Source of the DNA: a virus
Lineage: Duplodnaviria > Caudoviricetes
DNA length: 37,345 bases
Direction: 5' to 3' (one strand)
Virus record (IMG/VR): IMGVR_UViG_3300044513_001674
Location: 1 to 37,345 of that record
Positions 1 to 7,740 of this stretch are shown here, piece after piece. The translations under genes and the position numbers were made by a program. How positions within the stretch are numbered: position 1 is the stretch's first letter; every line of letters begins with the position of its first letter. Under the pieces are notes generated by a model. That model was given only the letters and a program-made list of their open reading frames with translations. It was not told the DNA's origin and did not search any database.

Positions 1-556
1 CATCGAGTAGCAGGATTGCTCCTCGTTGGAGTGCTTCCACGACAGGTCCGTTATGCCAAACAGTTGCCCCATCGACAAGACGGAAACCACCAATAAGATC
101 GTCTTCATCAGTTTCAATAGTAATGTTGACGCGGATTAGTTCACGACCCAGTTGAGCACACGCTTGCTCCACACTGAACGTTTTACCATTACCCGAAAGA
201 CCCGTAATGAACGTAGGATAAAAGAGATTGGACTGAATAATCTTTTTAATGTCGCCAAAATTACCAAACTTGACAAAGGTATCATCTTTATCTGGTATAA
301 GATTCTGTTCGATAGCAGGCATTGCTGCAGGAGCATTATAAGTAACTTCAAGTTCATTGACTGTATCTTGAGTAACCTCAAGATTCCAACGACCACGAGA
401 AGTTTTAAAATTCTCAAGACGACGAGTAACAGTTTGATAGTTAAGACCACGAGAGGCACAGAATCCCCTAATGTCTGCAGCAGTTAGTTCAGAACCATAC
501 AGTTCTTTAATGCTGTCAATCAGTGCTTCGTCGTTCACAGAAATTTTGCGGGGCAT
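1..556 (-). CDS. cobS: CobS-like / MoxR-family AAA+ ATPase (5' part; runs off the left edge)
   Basis: Not in the ORF track; translated by hand from ATG at 556: MPRKISVNDEALIDSIKELYG...FITGLSGNGKT (Walker A)...RVNITIETDEDDLIGGFRLVDGATVWHNGPVVEALQRGAILLLD (Walker B). Typical phage 'CobS', next to a vWA partner. Confidence 0.88.
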   Translation of the reverse strand, partial: MPRKISVNDEALIDSIKELYGSELTAADIRGFCASRGLNYQTVTRRLENFKTSRGRWNLEVTQDTVNELEVTYNAPAAMPAIEQNLIPDKDDTFVKFGNFGDIKKIIQSNLFYPTFITGLSGNGKTFSVEQACAQLGRELIRVNITIETDEDDLIGGFRLVDGATVWHNGPVVEALQRGAILLLD

Positions 557-592
557 GATCTAGTTAGGTGGGATCGATGTTTGAACAAAGTT

Positions 593-650
593 ATTATAGA
601 GGCACATCATCGGATTTTTTCCGATCATGTGCCAGTTAATCAACTGTCAC
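593..650 (-). promoter_or_regulatory. Putative early promoter cassette for cobS: palindromic CAGTT-N4-AACTG motif, hairpin, TATAAT
   Basis: Minus strand reads GTGACAGTTGATTAACTGGCACATG-N27-TATAAT (593-598). Inverted repeat 601-633 (GGCACAT-C-ATCGGA-TTTTT-TCCGAT-C-ATGTGCC on +). Confidence 0.65.
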
Positions 651-2782
651 GCAACAAGATCAATAAACTCACTCAGAATTTTTTTGTTCATTTTTTTGGT
701 CCTTAAACTCTTGACAAATGCACTCTTAATCTGAGTTTTTGTTGCATCCTCAGCAACCTGGAATTCAGACTCTTGGGTCATTGCGTTTGCTGCTAGTCCA
801 AAGTAAGAATCGTAAGCAGTATTCTTGATTGAGAATGCACGAGTCTTTTTCCAAGAATTCATAATCTTATCAAATTCGTCTCCATAAAATCCAACATACC
901 TACGAATGAACGCGCCAGCATCACGAGATTCAAGAACACGAATACCAATAAAATTAGTATCTGAAAATTTATCTTTCAGGTTATTGATAAGAACATTGGG
1001 GTATTCATACCAGTCACAGTTGAAAGAGTAAGTTGTTCCCAATTTACGATCACGAAGAATACAACTAGAATTCATTCCACCAATACCAATGTATGGTTCA
1101 GATTCCCAATGACGTTTAACCTCACGATGATACTTTAGCGGAGGTGCTTCACCGTCAGTAAGGATAACACATTGAACCTTCTCCAGATTATTCTTCTTTT
1201 TAAATTGTGGGATAATTTTATGAAGACAAACCAAAGACTCATTTAAAGGAGTTCCAGAAAGACCCAATCCATTAGGACAAGGATATCTTGTATAAAATGT
1301 ACGAGAGAACGATGCTGCCAATCTGAAGATATTTTTCATTTGAATGTCAAGATCACCCGACTTGACATTACTAGTAAACAAATTCAACAATGAGAAGTAT
1401 TCTCCAAGATGTAGGATACCATCACGCTTCTCATACATTGGTTCTGGCATGATTGCCCTTCCATCAAAATCATATTTGATCTTTGCCCACTCATATGTGA
1501 AAGCATAAACCTCAAAGGGAATAGAAACTTTTTTACAGAACCAAACCAGATTAAAAAGTTGTTTGACAGTATCCAACATAACGTCCTGCATTGAACCAGA
1601 CCAATCTAGTACAAAAACTAGACCATGATTTTTACCATCAGGAAGAATAGTTACTTTTTTAAATACGTCTTCATTGTACCTGTAAGTATGAAGTTTACTT
1701 GTGTCAAGAACACCCGTCTTAGCAACTGATGCACGGGCGTAAGCACTAGCAGACTTTTTACACTCAAACTCTTTAACAAGATAACTAACTTCTTTTTGAG
1801 CAGAACGTTTGAACTCTACATACTTTTGATCTACATATTCAAAAACATCTTCTTCAGCATATCCATTCCAAGTAGAGTTGATTTGCTCATAGATATCAGC
1901 ATTTGGAACAATTACAGTATCAAGATTAACATCTGGAATTTCAAGATAAACATTTTCATATGTATTCTCATTAATCAAATCTTTCAATGCATCTTCAAGA
2001 GACTGTGCTGTTTTCACCGAAGGTTCTTCTTCACTGGGTCCATCCGAAGGCATCATATCTGGTGCTTTAGAACTCCCACCATTATCAGCACTTGGAATAT
2101 TTTGATTCGACTCAGATTTATCTTCAGAAGAATCTTCACTTACATTCTCACTGGGCATCTCACTTGGAGCACTTGACGATGACGCTCCTGTATTCCCAGC
2201 AGAATCAAGTTCTACCTTATTTTCTTTCTCTTCTTCTTTTTTCTTGCAATAATTATAGAGTCGTTCTGCTGCATCAAGAACATCATCAAAAGTTTCACAC
2301 TTGCCAACTTGATCAACAATTAATTTCTCTTCATCATCAAAAGGAATTTGAATATAATTACCAACCTTATAAAAGAGATTTACCTTATCGGCAAGGTTGT
2401 AAGTATTGATGTCATCATCACCAATAGAGAAGAAGTCGTCATCAGACAGTTCCTGATAACCCCGATAAAAAGTCTTTGCCAGACCCATGTAGCGGCGCTT
2501 CATCATCTTCTCAATGCGAGCATCCTCAACTACATTTACAAATTGGGGTGGTATTTTGCGTTCCTTTAACCAGTCAATATCTGGCGTATACAATGCATGA
2601 CCAACTTCATGACCCACGAGGAGGTCATACACAGTGTTGCTTGCCCTCTCCCACATTGGCAGGGTCAACACACGGGTATGGACATTGAATTGTGCAGTAT
2701 CAACGGACTTGTGCTCAACAACAAGGTCTTCAGTAGCAAGGAGGCGAGCAAGATTGCCTTTTACTTGTTGGTTGATAGGCAT
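647..2782 (-). CDS. CobT-like protein: N-terminal HExxH metallopeptidase-like domain, acidic linker, C-terminal vWA domain
   Basis: HEVGH and NVVEDARIE motifs; Ser/Glu-rich linker; MIDAS motifs VLDWSGSM, LSGTPL, ILTDGE; directly upstream of the AAA ATPase. Confidence 0.85.
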   Translation of the reverse strand: MPINQQVKGNLARLLATEDLVVEHKSVDTAQFNVHTRVLTLPMWERASNTVYDLLVGHEVGHALYTPDIDWLKERKIPPQFVNVVEDARIEKMMKRRYMGLAKTFYRGYQELSDDDFFSIGDDDINTYNLADKVNLFYKVGNYIQIPFDDEEKLIVDQVGKCETFDDVLDAAERLYNYCKKKEEEKENKVELDSAGNTGASSSSAPSEMPSENVSEDSSEDKSESNQNIPSADNGGSSKAPDMMPSDGPSEEEPSVKTAQSLEDALKDLINENTYENVYLEIPDVNLDTVIVPNADIYEQINSTWNGYAEEDVFEYVDQKYVEFKRSAQKEVSYLVKEFECKKSASAYARASVAKTGVLDTSKLHTYRYNEDVFKKVTILPDGKNHGLVFVLDWSGSMQDVMLDTVKQLFNLVWFCKKVSIPFEVYAFTYEWAKIKYDFDGRAIMPEPMYEKRDGILHLGEYFSLLNLFTSNVKSGDLDIQMKNIFRLAASFSRTFYTRYPCPNGLGLSGTPLNESLVCLHKIIPQFKKKNNLEKVQCVILTDGEAPPLKYHREVKRHWESEPYIGIGGMNSSCILRDRKLGTTYSFNCDWYEYPNVLINNLKDKFSDTNFIGIRVLESRDAGAFIRRYVGFYGDEFDKIMNSWKKTRAFSIKNTAYDSYFGLAANAMTQESEFQVAEDATKTQIKSAFVKSLRTKKMNKKILSEFIDLVA

Positions 2783-2952
2783 TGGTCTTTGTTTGAACTG
2801 AACGTATTATACAAAGAAGGGTCGCCCTTTGGACGACCCATGTGACGCTTTTTGAACTGGCGCAGTGCTTCACGCCTTGCTCTCAACGCCTGAGGTTTAA
2901 GTTTTCTCTTCTGTTCTTTTTTAGAGTGGTGTTGCCAATTCGGGGTTGTCAT
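2761..2952 (-). CDS. Small basic hypothetical protein (start at ATG 2952, 63 aa)
   Basis: MTTPNWQHHSKKEQKRKLKPQALRARREALRQFKKR, strongly K/R-rich; resembles a small ORF I recall at this locus in cyanomyoviruses. Confidence 0.55.
   Translation of the reverse strand: MTTPNWQHHSKKEQKRKLKPQALRARREALRQFKKRHMGRPKGDPSLYNTFSSNKDQCLSTNK
2806..2862 (-). promoter_or_regulatory. Putative early promoter cassette for the peptidase/vWA gene
   Basis: Minus strand reads GCCAGTTCAAAAAGCGTCACATG-N27-TATAAT (2806-2811), with hairpin GGGTCGTCC-AAA-GGGCGACCC (2819-2839); same architecture as 593-650. Confidence 0.65.
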
Positions 2953-3664
2953 TGATCGTATCCAGAACATTGATGGTAGGGAACCATCCAGTACTAGTTA
3001 GCAAACTAACATCCGCAACGTTGTCTTGTCTCTCTCCAGGAGTCAGTTCTTTAACTGGCAAGTGACCCATCCCCATCTTCTCAGCAAGTTCTCTAACTGA
3101 TACAGATTTTCCAGATCCTACAGAAACTGGTCCACAAATTTTGCTACTTGCAAGATAACAAATAGCGCGACAAACATCTTTAACATGAATCCAATCTCTG
3201 CGGTGATTAGTCACATAAGTTGCGGTTTTATCTTCAAGCATACGATACATCATATCTGGACGACTATCGGGTCCATATACAGTTGTAAATCTCATCCCAA
3301 CTGAGTTTGGTGGTGCCATTTGCTCATTAATCCATTTTGTCATGGCATATGGATTTTCCCAGTAATCTTCCTCAACTGCACTAGAGGAAGCATACAAAAG
3401 TCTTGTATTAGTTTCTCTACACCAATCAAAAAGTTTTTTGGACTTTACCACATTATTCTCATAAAACTTTTGAGGATTTTCTAGACTATCCCTGATGTTT
3501 GCAAATGCTGCAAGGTGAATAACCAACTCATATTCACCACCATCAAAGTTACTAATGTCATATGGGAAGTCCATTCCCACAACAAGATTATTGTGAGTGC
3601 TTTGCCAATCAGCAAATACGTTCCTACCAATAAATCCCCTATGACCAGTGATTAAAATCTTCAT
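2921..3664 (-). CDS. NAD-dependent epimerase/dehydratase (extended SDR, nucleotide-sugar epimerase)
   Basis: ILITGHRGFIG (GxxGxxG), IHLAA, YASSS, YAMTK (YxxxK), RFTTVYGP, RDWIHVKDV. Confidence 0.9.
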   Translation of the reverse strand: MKILITGHRGFIGRNVFADWQSTHNNLVVGMDFPYDISNFDGGEYELVIHLAAFANIRDSLENPQKFYENNVVKSKKLFDWCRETNTRLLYASSSAVEEDYWENPYAMTKWINEQMAPPNSVGMRFTTVYGPDSRPDMMYRMLEDKTATYVTNHRRDWIHVKDVCRAICYLASSKICGPVSVGSGKSVSVRELAEKMGMGHLPVKELTPGERQDNVADVSLLTSTGWFPTINVLDTINDNPELATPL

Positions 3665-5373
3665 GATGCCAACCTACTAAATCCTTTCACCTTCTCAAAT
3701 TTTAACACATTCAAGAACTTATCGCGCATTCCTTCCTTGTGAGAAATAACAAATGTATTTGCATCTTTGATTACAAACCTAATAATCTTCATGAACTCAT
3801 CTGTACCAAATCCATCAAGGGATGAATCAAAAGTCTCATCAAAAATAATCAAATTACAATTTAATGAGTTCTTAATTTTTGCTATCTCTCTCCATGTAAA
3901 CAGAAGTGCAAGGTCAATACGCATCTTCTCACCTTCACTGAAGGAAGCATAAGAGAAGTCTTCGTGAATAGGTGACTGAATGGATTCATTGAACTCCTCA
4001 TCCAAACAGAAGTTCACAAAGAATTCCATCATCTGAAGATATCTATTTACCTGATTATTAATCAGTGGTAAATATTTTTTAATAATTTGACCTTTGACGC
4101 CACCATCTTTTAACAAATCAAAAATAAAATTATAGTTGATTAAAAGATCTTTATTGCTATCTGCGTCTTTAGATACAATTTTATATTGTTCTTCTAAACT
4201 CTTTAACTTCTCATGTTCAGAATTTCTTGTTTCAAGTCTATCGGCAACAGTTTGAATTTCTTGTTCAAGACCACTGACCTGTCGCTGGTATCCAGAGATC
4301 TTAGTATTAATTTGAGAAATCTCATGTGTTAAGGTAGTTACCTCTTTTGACACTGTAGAAAAATGACGCTCTCGCTCTTCTTCCTCTTTAATTGCCTCTT
4401 CTAGTTCTTTATAACCAGATTGCAACTCCTTTGCTTTATCTTGAGCGTCCTTAATTCTATTTATTCTGAAGACTTCTTCTATAGACTGGGTACATGTAGG
4501 GCATACCGTATTGTTAGTAAAGAACTTATGCTCTTCGGTAATTGTTGCAACTTTTTGAGATATCTTTCCTTTAAGGTTTCCCAATTTACGAAGTTTAGAC
4601 GTTGCTCCAGAGTATTCTTCAAGTTCTTTTTGTTTCTCTTGCAATTGATTCTCAATAGCAAGTGAGTCAATAAGTAATTTATCCTGAGCATCTTTTAGTT
4701 CTTGAATCTGCTCTTTTTTTGCTTTAATGTCAGATTTGCCTAAACGTTCTACTTCATCAATAAACTCTTTTTGCATTCTGAGTTTATCTTCTACAGATTC
4801 CTTTTTAAGTGAGAGATTTCTAATATCTTCTCGGCACGCTTTAATCTTATCCTTTATAACAGAATTCATCGAAGAGAAGATCTTAATGTCTAACAAGTCT
4901 TCAATGACTTCTCTCCTAGAAGCAGCAGGAAGTTGCATAAAAGGAATAAAATTGCTGCTCCCAAGAATAACAATTTGAGTAAATGATTTGTAATTCATTT
5001 TCAGAACTACACTTTCTAACCACGTCTGCTGATCTTTAGAAGCAGCGTCGGAGTTTAATAACTCTCCGTCTTTATAAATCTGAAATACTGTTGGTTTAAT
5101 TCCACGTATTATCTTCCACTTAGTATTACTAATCTTGAACTCAATTTCAACTAAGCAATCTTTTTCGTTGACTGAATTTATAAGTTGAGGTTTATTAACC
5201 CCACGATAAGATTTTCCAAATAAAGAAAAAGTAAGGGCATCGAGCATTGTACTTTTACCAGCACCGTTATTGCCAATGACAAGAGTTGTAGATGCTGTTG
5301 TAAAATTTATCTCAGTAAACTGATTGCCTGTACTAAGGAAATTTTTATATCGAAGTTTTTCAAATAAGATCAT
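3661..5373 (-). CDS. g46: Recombination endonuclease subunit gp46 (SbcC/Rad50-like ABC ATPase)
   Basis: GNNGAGKST Walker A, coiled coil with CPTC zinc hook, FSEGEK signature, IIFDE Walker B, ISH. Confidence 0.96.
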   Translation of the reverse strand: MILFEKLRYKNFLSTGNQFTEINFTTASTTLVIGNNGAGKSTMLDALTFSLFGKSYRGVNKPQLINSVNEKDCLVEIEFKISNTKWKIIRGIKPTVFQIYKDGELLNSDAASKDQQTWLESVVLKMNYKSFTQIVILGSSNFIPFMQLPAASRREVIEDLLDIKIFSSMNSVIKDKIKACREDIRNLSLKKESVEDKLRMQKEFIDEVERLGKSDIKAKKEQIQELKDAQDKLLIDSLAIENQLQEKQKELEEYSGATSKLRKLGNLKGKISQKVATITEEHKFFTNNTVCPTCTQSIEEVFRINRIKDAQDKAKELQSGYKELEEAIKEEEERERHFSTVSKEVTTLTHEISQINTKISGYQRQVSGLEQEIQTVADRLETRNSEHEKLKSLEEQYKIVSKDADSNKDLLINYNFIFDLLKDGGVKGQIIKKYLPLINNQVNRYLQMMEFFVNFCLDEEFNESIQSPIHEDFSYASFSEGEKMRIDLALLFTWREIAKIKNSLNCNLIIFDETFDSSLDGFGTDEFMKIIRFVIKDANTFVISHKEGMRDKFLNVLKFEKVKGFSRLAS

Positions 5374-5629
5374 TATCTTCTGGCGGTATTACAAGATCAT
5401 TTGCAGTGATTATCGTATAGTTATATTGATGCACTTCACATGTTTGTATTATCAACTCATCATCCACCTCAATAACACATAGTTCTGGATAGTCTTTGTC
5501 CTCTAGCATCATGGCAAATCTTTCGGCATCATCCTCTTGCTCAAAGATGTAAAGAACTTGATCCCCATCTTCGTTTGTTACTGAGTATGCTCCCTCTTGT
5601 TCTTTACCAGCTAAAGTAAGAATAAACAT
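5360..5629 (-). CDS. Conserved acidic hypothetical protein between g47 and g46
   Basis: 89 aa ORF tightly packed between g47 and g46; motif EGAYSV...LYIFEQEDDAERFAMML. Confidence 0.75.
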   Translation of the reverse strand: MFILTLAGKEQEGAYSVTNEDGDQVLYIFEQEDDAERFAMMLEDKDYPELCVIEVDDELIIQTCEVHQYNYTIITANDLVIPPEDNDLI

Positions 5630-5630
5630 A

Positions 5631-6674
5631 TTATACCAATTCGCAAGCCTCTTTGTAAACCTGATGGATTATTTTTTTAATTTCTGGTTTATTTATTGAT
5701 GCCTCAGAATCGTCAATATATTTACTTAGAATCGATATTGTATCTTCAGACTCAGGATCATAATCTTGCAATTCGGTTTTTGCCTCGACAAATGACTCTA
5801 CAAGTTTTAACTCTGAGATATTAGATGCTATTAGTTTATCAACAAACTTTTCATATTTTTTAGCATCTGTTTTTTTACGAACTATTAACTTTACAATCTT
5901 GCCTTCAAGAGATCTTGTATCAAATGTTTGATGATTATTATCTTCATATTCAATAACCTCATACATCTTGAATGGATTATTAACTGGCGTCAACTCTAAA
6001 GTATCTGTGTCAAAAATATGGAATCCTCTAACATCACCAATATCATTGGCATATATCTCGTAAGGATTTCCTAAGTAAAATATCTTTCCGTCTGTCGATC
6101 TAGTGTGATAGTGACCAGAGAAGACATGGGTGAACTTCTTAAATAATTTGCGGTCCACACCTTCTTCCATGGTGTGTCCACGATAAGCTGGAAATCCGCT
6201 GAGCTCAAGGTGCCCCATCGCACATAAGCAACTTGTAGTTTTAATAGTCTGGAAAGTACTACTAGTGTTTTCTTCATTAATCCAAGGAATAAACAATACA
6301 TTTAAATTATCCAGTTTAGTTTCTGTTGCCTCAGAATAAACTTTAACATTCTCATATTCTCGTAAAAGAAGATCTACTGCATTTACTTCATTCGTGTTTT
6401 TATAATATGCAGTATGATTTCCTACAATTGTATGTACGGTAACACCAAGTTTTTTTAATCGATCATAATAATTATCCTTTGCCCAGGCAAGAGCAGCAAA
6501 ATCAATTCCTTTTCTACTATCAAAAGTATCTCCCATATCTACAACGGTAGTGATGCCATCTTCGATTAGTTTAGGAAAGAATACCTCATCATAGAACTTT
6601 AAAAAATAATCATGGAACAACTTGGAATTTTTACGAGCACCAAAATGTTGGTCTGTAATTATAGCAACCTTCAT
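5631..6674 (-). CDS. g47: Recombination endonuclease subunit gp47 (SbcD/Mre11-like nuclease)
   Basis: Metallophosphoesterase motifs TDQHFG, MGDTFD, VGNH, GHLE, SGHYH; synteny with g55 and g46. Confidence 0.96.
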   Translation of the reverse strand: MKVAIITDQHFGARKNSKLFHDYFLKFYDEVFFPKLIEDGITTVVDMGDTFDSRKGIDFAALAWAKDNYYDRLKKLGVTVHTIVGNHTAYYKNTNEVNAVDLLLREYENVKVYSEATETKLDNLNVLFIPWINEENTSSTFQTIKTTSCLCAMGHLELSGFPAYRGHTMEEGVDRKLFKKFTHVFSGHYHTRSTDGKIFYLGNPYEIYANDIGDVRGFHIFDTDTLELTPVNNPFKMYEVIEYEDNNHQTFDTRSLEGKIVKLIVRKKTDAKKYEKFVDKLIASNISELKLVESFVEAKTELQDYDPESEDTISILSKYIDDSEASINKPEIKKIIHQVYKEACELV

Positions 6675-7213
6675 TGATATCTAGATTTAGAATGGACACT
6701 ATCTTTAATAGAATTATAGTCCGAATAATTCACACCATCAATAAGATTGTCATCAAAGAACACTTCGTCGTAACCTGTTCTTTCAAGAATCTTATTTTTA
6801 ATCTCTAATTGTTTTTTCTCTTTTTGTATTCTACGTAGAAACGCGTAGTGAATAATTTGAGTAAAATAAGCAAACGGGTTTTGAGACTTCTCAGGATCAA
6901 AATTGTGGATGTACTGGACACAGTTTTCAATCCCATCTGAAATCATGTCGTCTTTAAATATGTAGTTAACAAAATTAGGTTTAAACGACAGGTGAGTAGC
7001 AATTTTTAAAAAACACTCTCCAAGATAGTTTGTGATTGGAGGTTTACCTTCCCAATGTTTTGATCTATCTTCTTTGGTTGGTTCTCTTTTATGCTTTTGT
7101 ATAAAGTCTGTTTCGACTCTTGCTCTGTACTGAATTAAAGCTTCTAAGAGTTCTTTGTTGTTAACATAGTGTACGGATCTTTTTCTTTTAGTCATTGCAC
7201 TACTGTTTATCAT
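6671..7213 (-). CDS. g55: Late-transcription sigma factor gp55
   Basis: HYVNNKELL, YLGECFLKIATHLS, DDMISDGIENC, NPFAYFTQIIHYAFLRRIQKEKKQ. Confidence 0.96.
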   Translation of the reverse strand: MINSSAMTKRKRSVHYVNNKELLEALIQYRARVETDFIQKHKREPTKEDRSKHWEGKPPITNYLGECFLKIATHLSFKPNFVNYIFKDDMISDGIENCVQYIHNFDPEKSQNPFAYFTQIIHYAFLRRIQKEKKQLEIKNKILERTGYDEVFFDDNLIDGVNYSDYNSIKDSVHSKSRYQ

Positions 7214-7238
7214 TACTCTATTTAATACTATTGTCTGT

Positions 7239-7247
7239 ATTATAACA
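7239..7247 (-). promoter_or_regulatory. Extended -10 sigma70-type promoter upstream of g55
   Basis: Minus strand TG-T-TATAAT, 25 nt upstream of the g55 ATG. Confidence 0.6.
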
Positions 7248-7269
7248 CTTTGTCTTCAATAAACAAAGC

Positions 7270-7298
7270 TTGACAAGGGTCTCCAAACTGTGTACAAT
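7270..7298 (+). promoter_or_regulatory. Near-consensus sigma70 promoter pointing antisense to the uvsW operon
   Basis: TTGACA (7270-7275), 17-nt spacer, TACAAT (7293-7298), in the intergenic gap; no credible plus-strand ORF follows. Confidence 0.65.
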
Positions 7299-7325
7299 AA
7301 CCTTTGTGGAGGTTCAGAAACAATA

Positions 7326-7736
7326 TTAGCTTTCTTTATATAACCTTTCTAAGATCTCTTTAGTATCACTTACGTTACCTATCCTACCCATTTTTCTATT
7401 GATCTTCCTTCTGATTCCATGTGGATCTTCTGAATCAGAGAAGTCTTTAGATTCCCGTAACCAAGACTGATACATCATAATCATTTCAATATCCCTAGAT
7501 TCACTCATGGTGATAACATCATCCATGTCAATAATAAACATGTCATCTCTTGTTGTCTTTAACCAGGGTTCTAGTTTATATCCTTGTTTGTTACCTCTAA
7601 CTCTTACTTGAGAGTAAGTAATTGGATTAGATACTAAGAGGAATGTATTATCTTCTTCTATACATGGAGATACTTTAGTGAATATCTCTTCTCCAGATTT
7701 TAACTTTATAGTTGCGTAAAAGTCATCTTCCATCAT
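7326..7736 (-). CDS. Conserved hypothetical protein between uvsW and g55 (possibly Sm-like fold)
   Basis: FYATIKLKSGEEIF...EPWLK...MSES motif; standard syntenic position in cyanomyoviruses. Confidence 0.75.
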   Translation of the reverse strand: MMEDDFYATIKLKSGEEIFTKVSPCIEEDNTFLLVSNPITYSQVRVRGNKQGYKLEPWLKTTRDDMFIIDMDDVITMSESRDIEMIMMYQSWLRESKDFSDSEDPHGIRRKINRKMGRIGNVSDTKEILERLYKES

Positions 7737-7740
7737 TTGA

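Noticed and set aside
136-487. ORF-track ORFs 136..459 (-) and 152..487 (+)
   Set aside because: Both overlap the CobS-like reading frame (1..556, minus), which has clear Walker motifs; they are shadow ORFs.
1-2782. cobS/cobT-like genes as a cobalamin supply pathway for the B12 radical SAMs
   Set aside because: No cobN or other cob genes are present, and the pair is widespread in T4-like phages, so a link cannot be supported from sequence.
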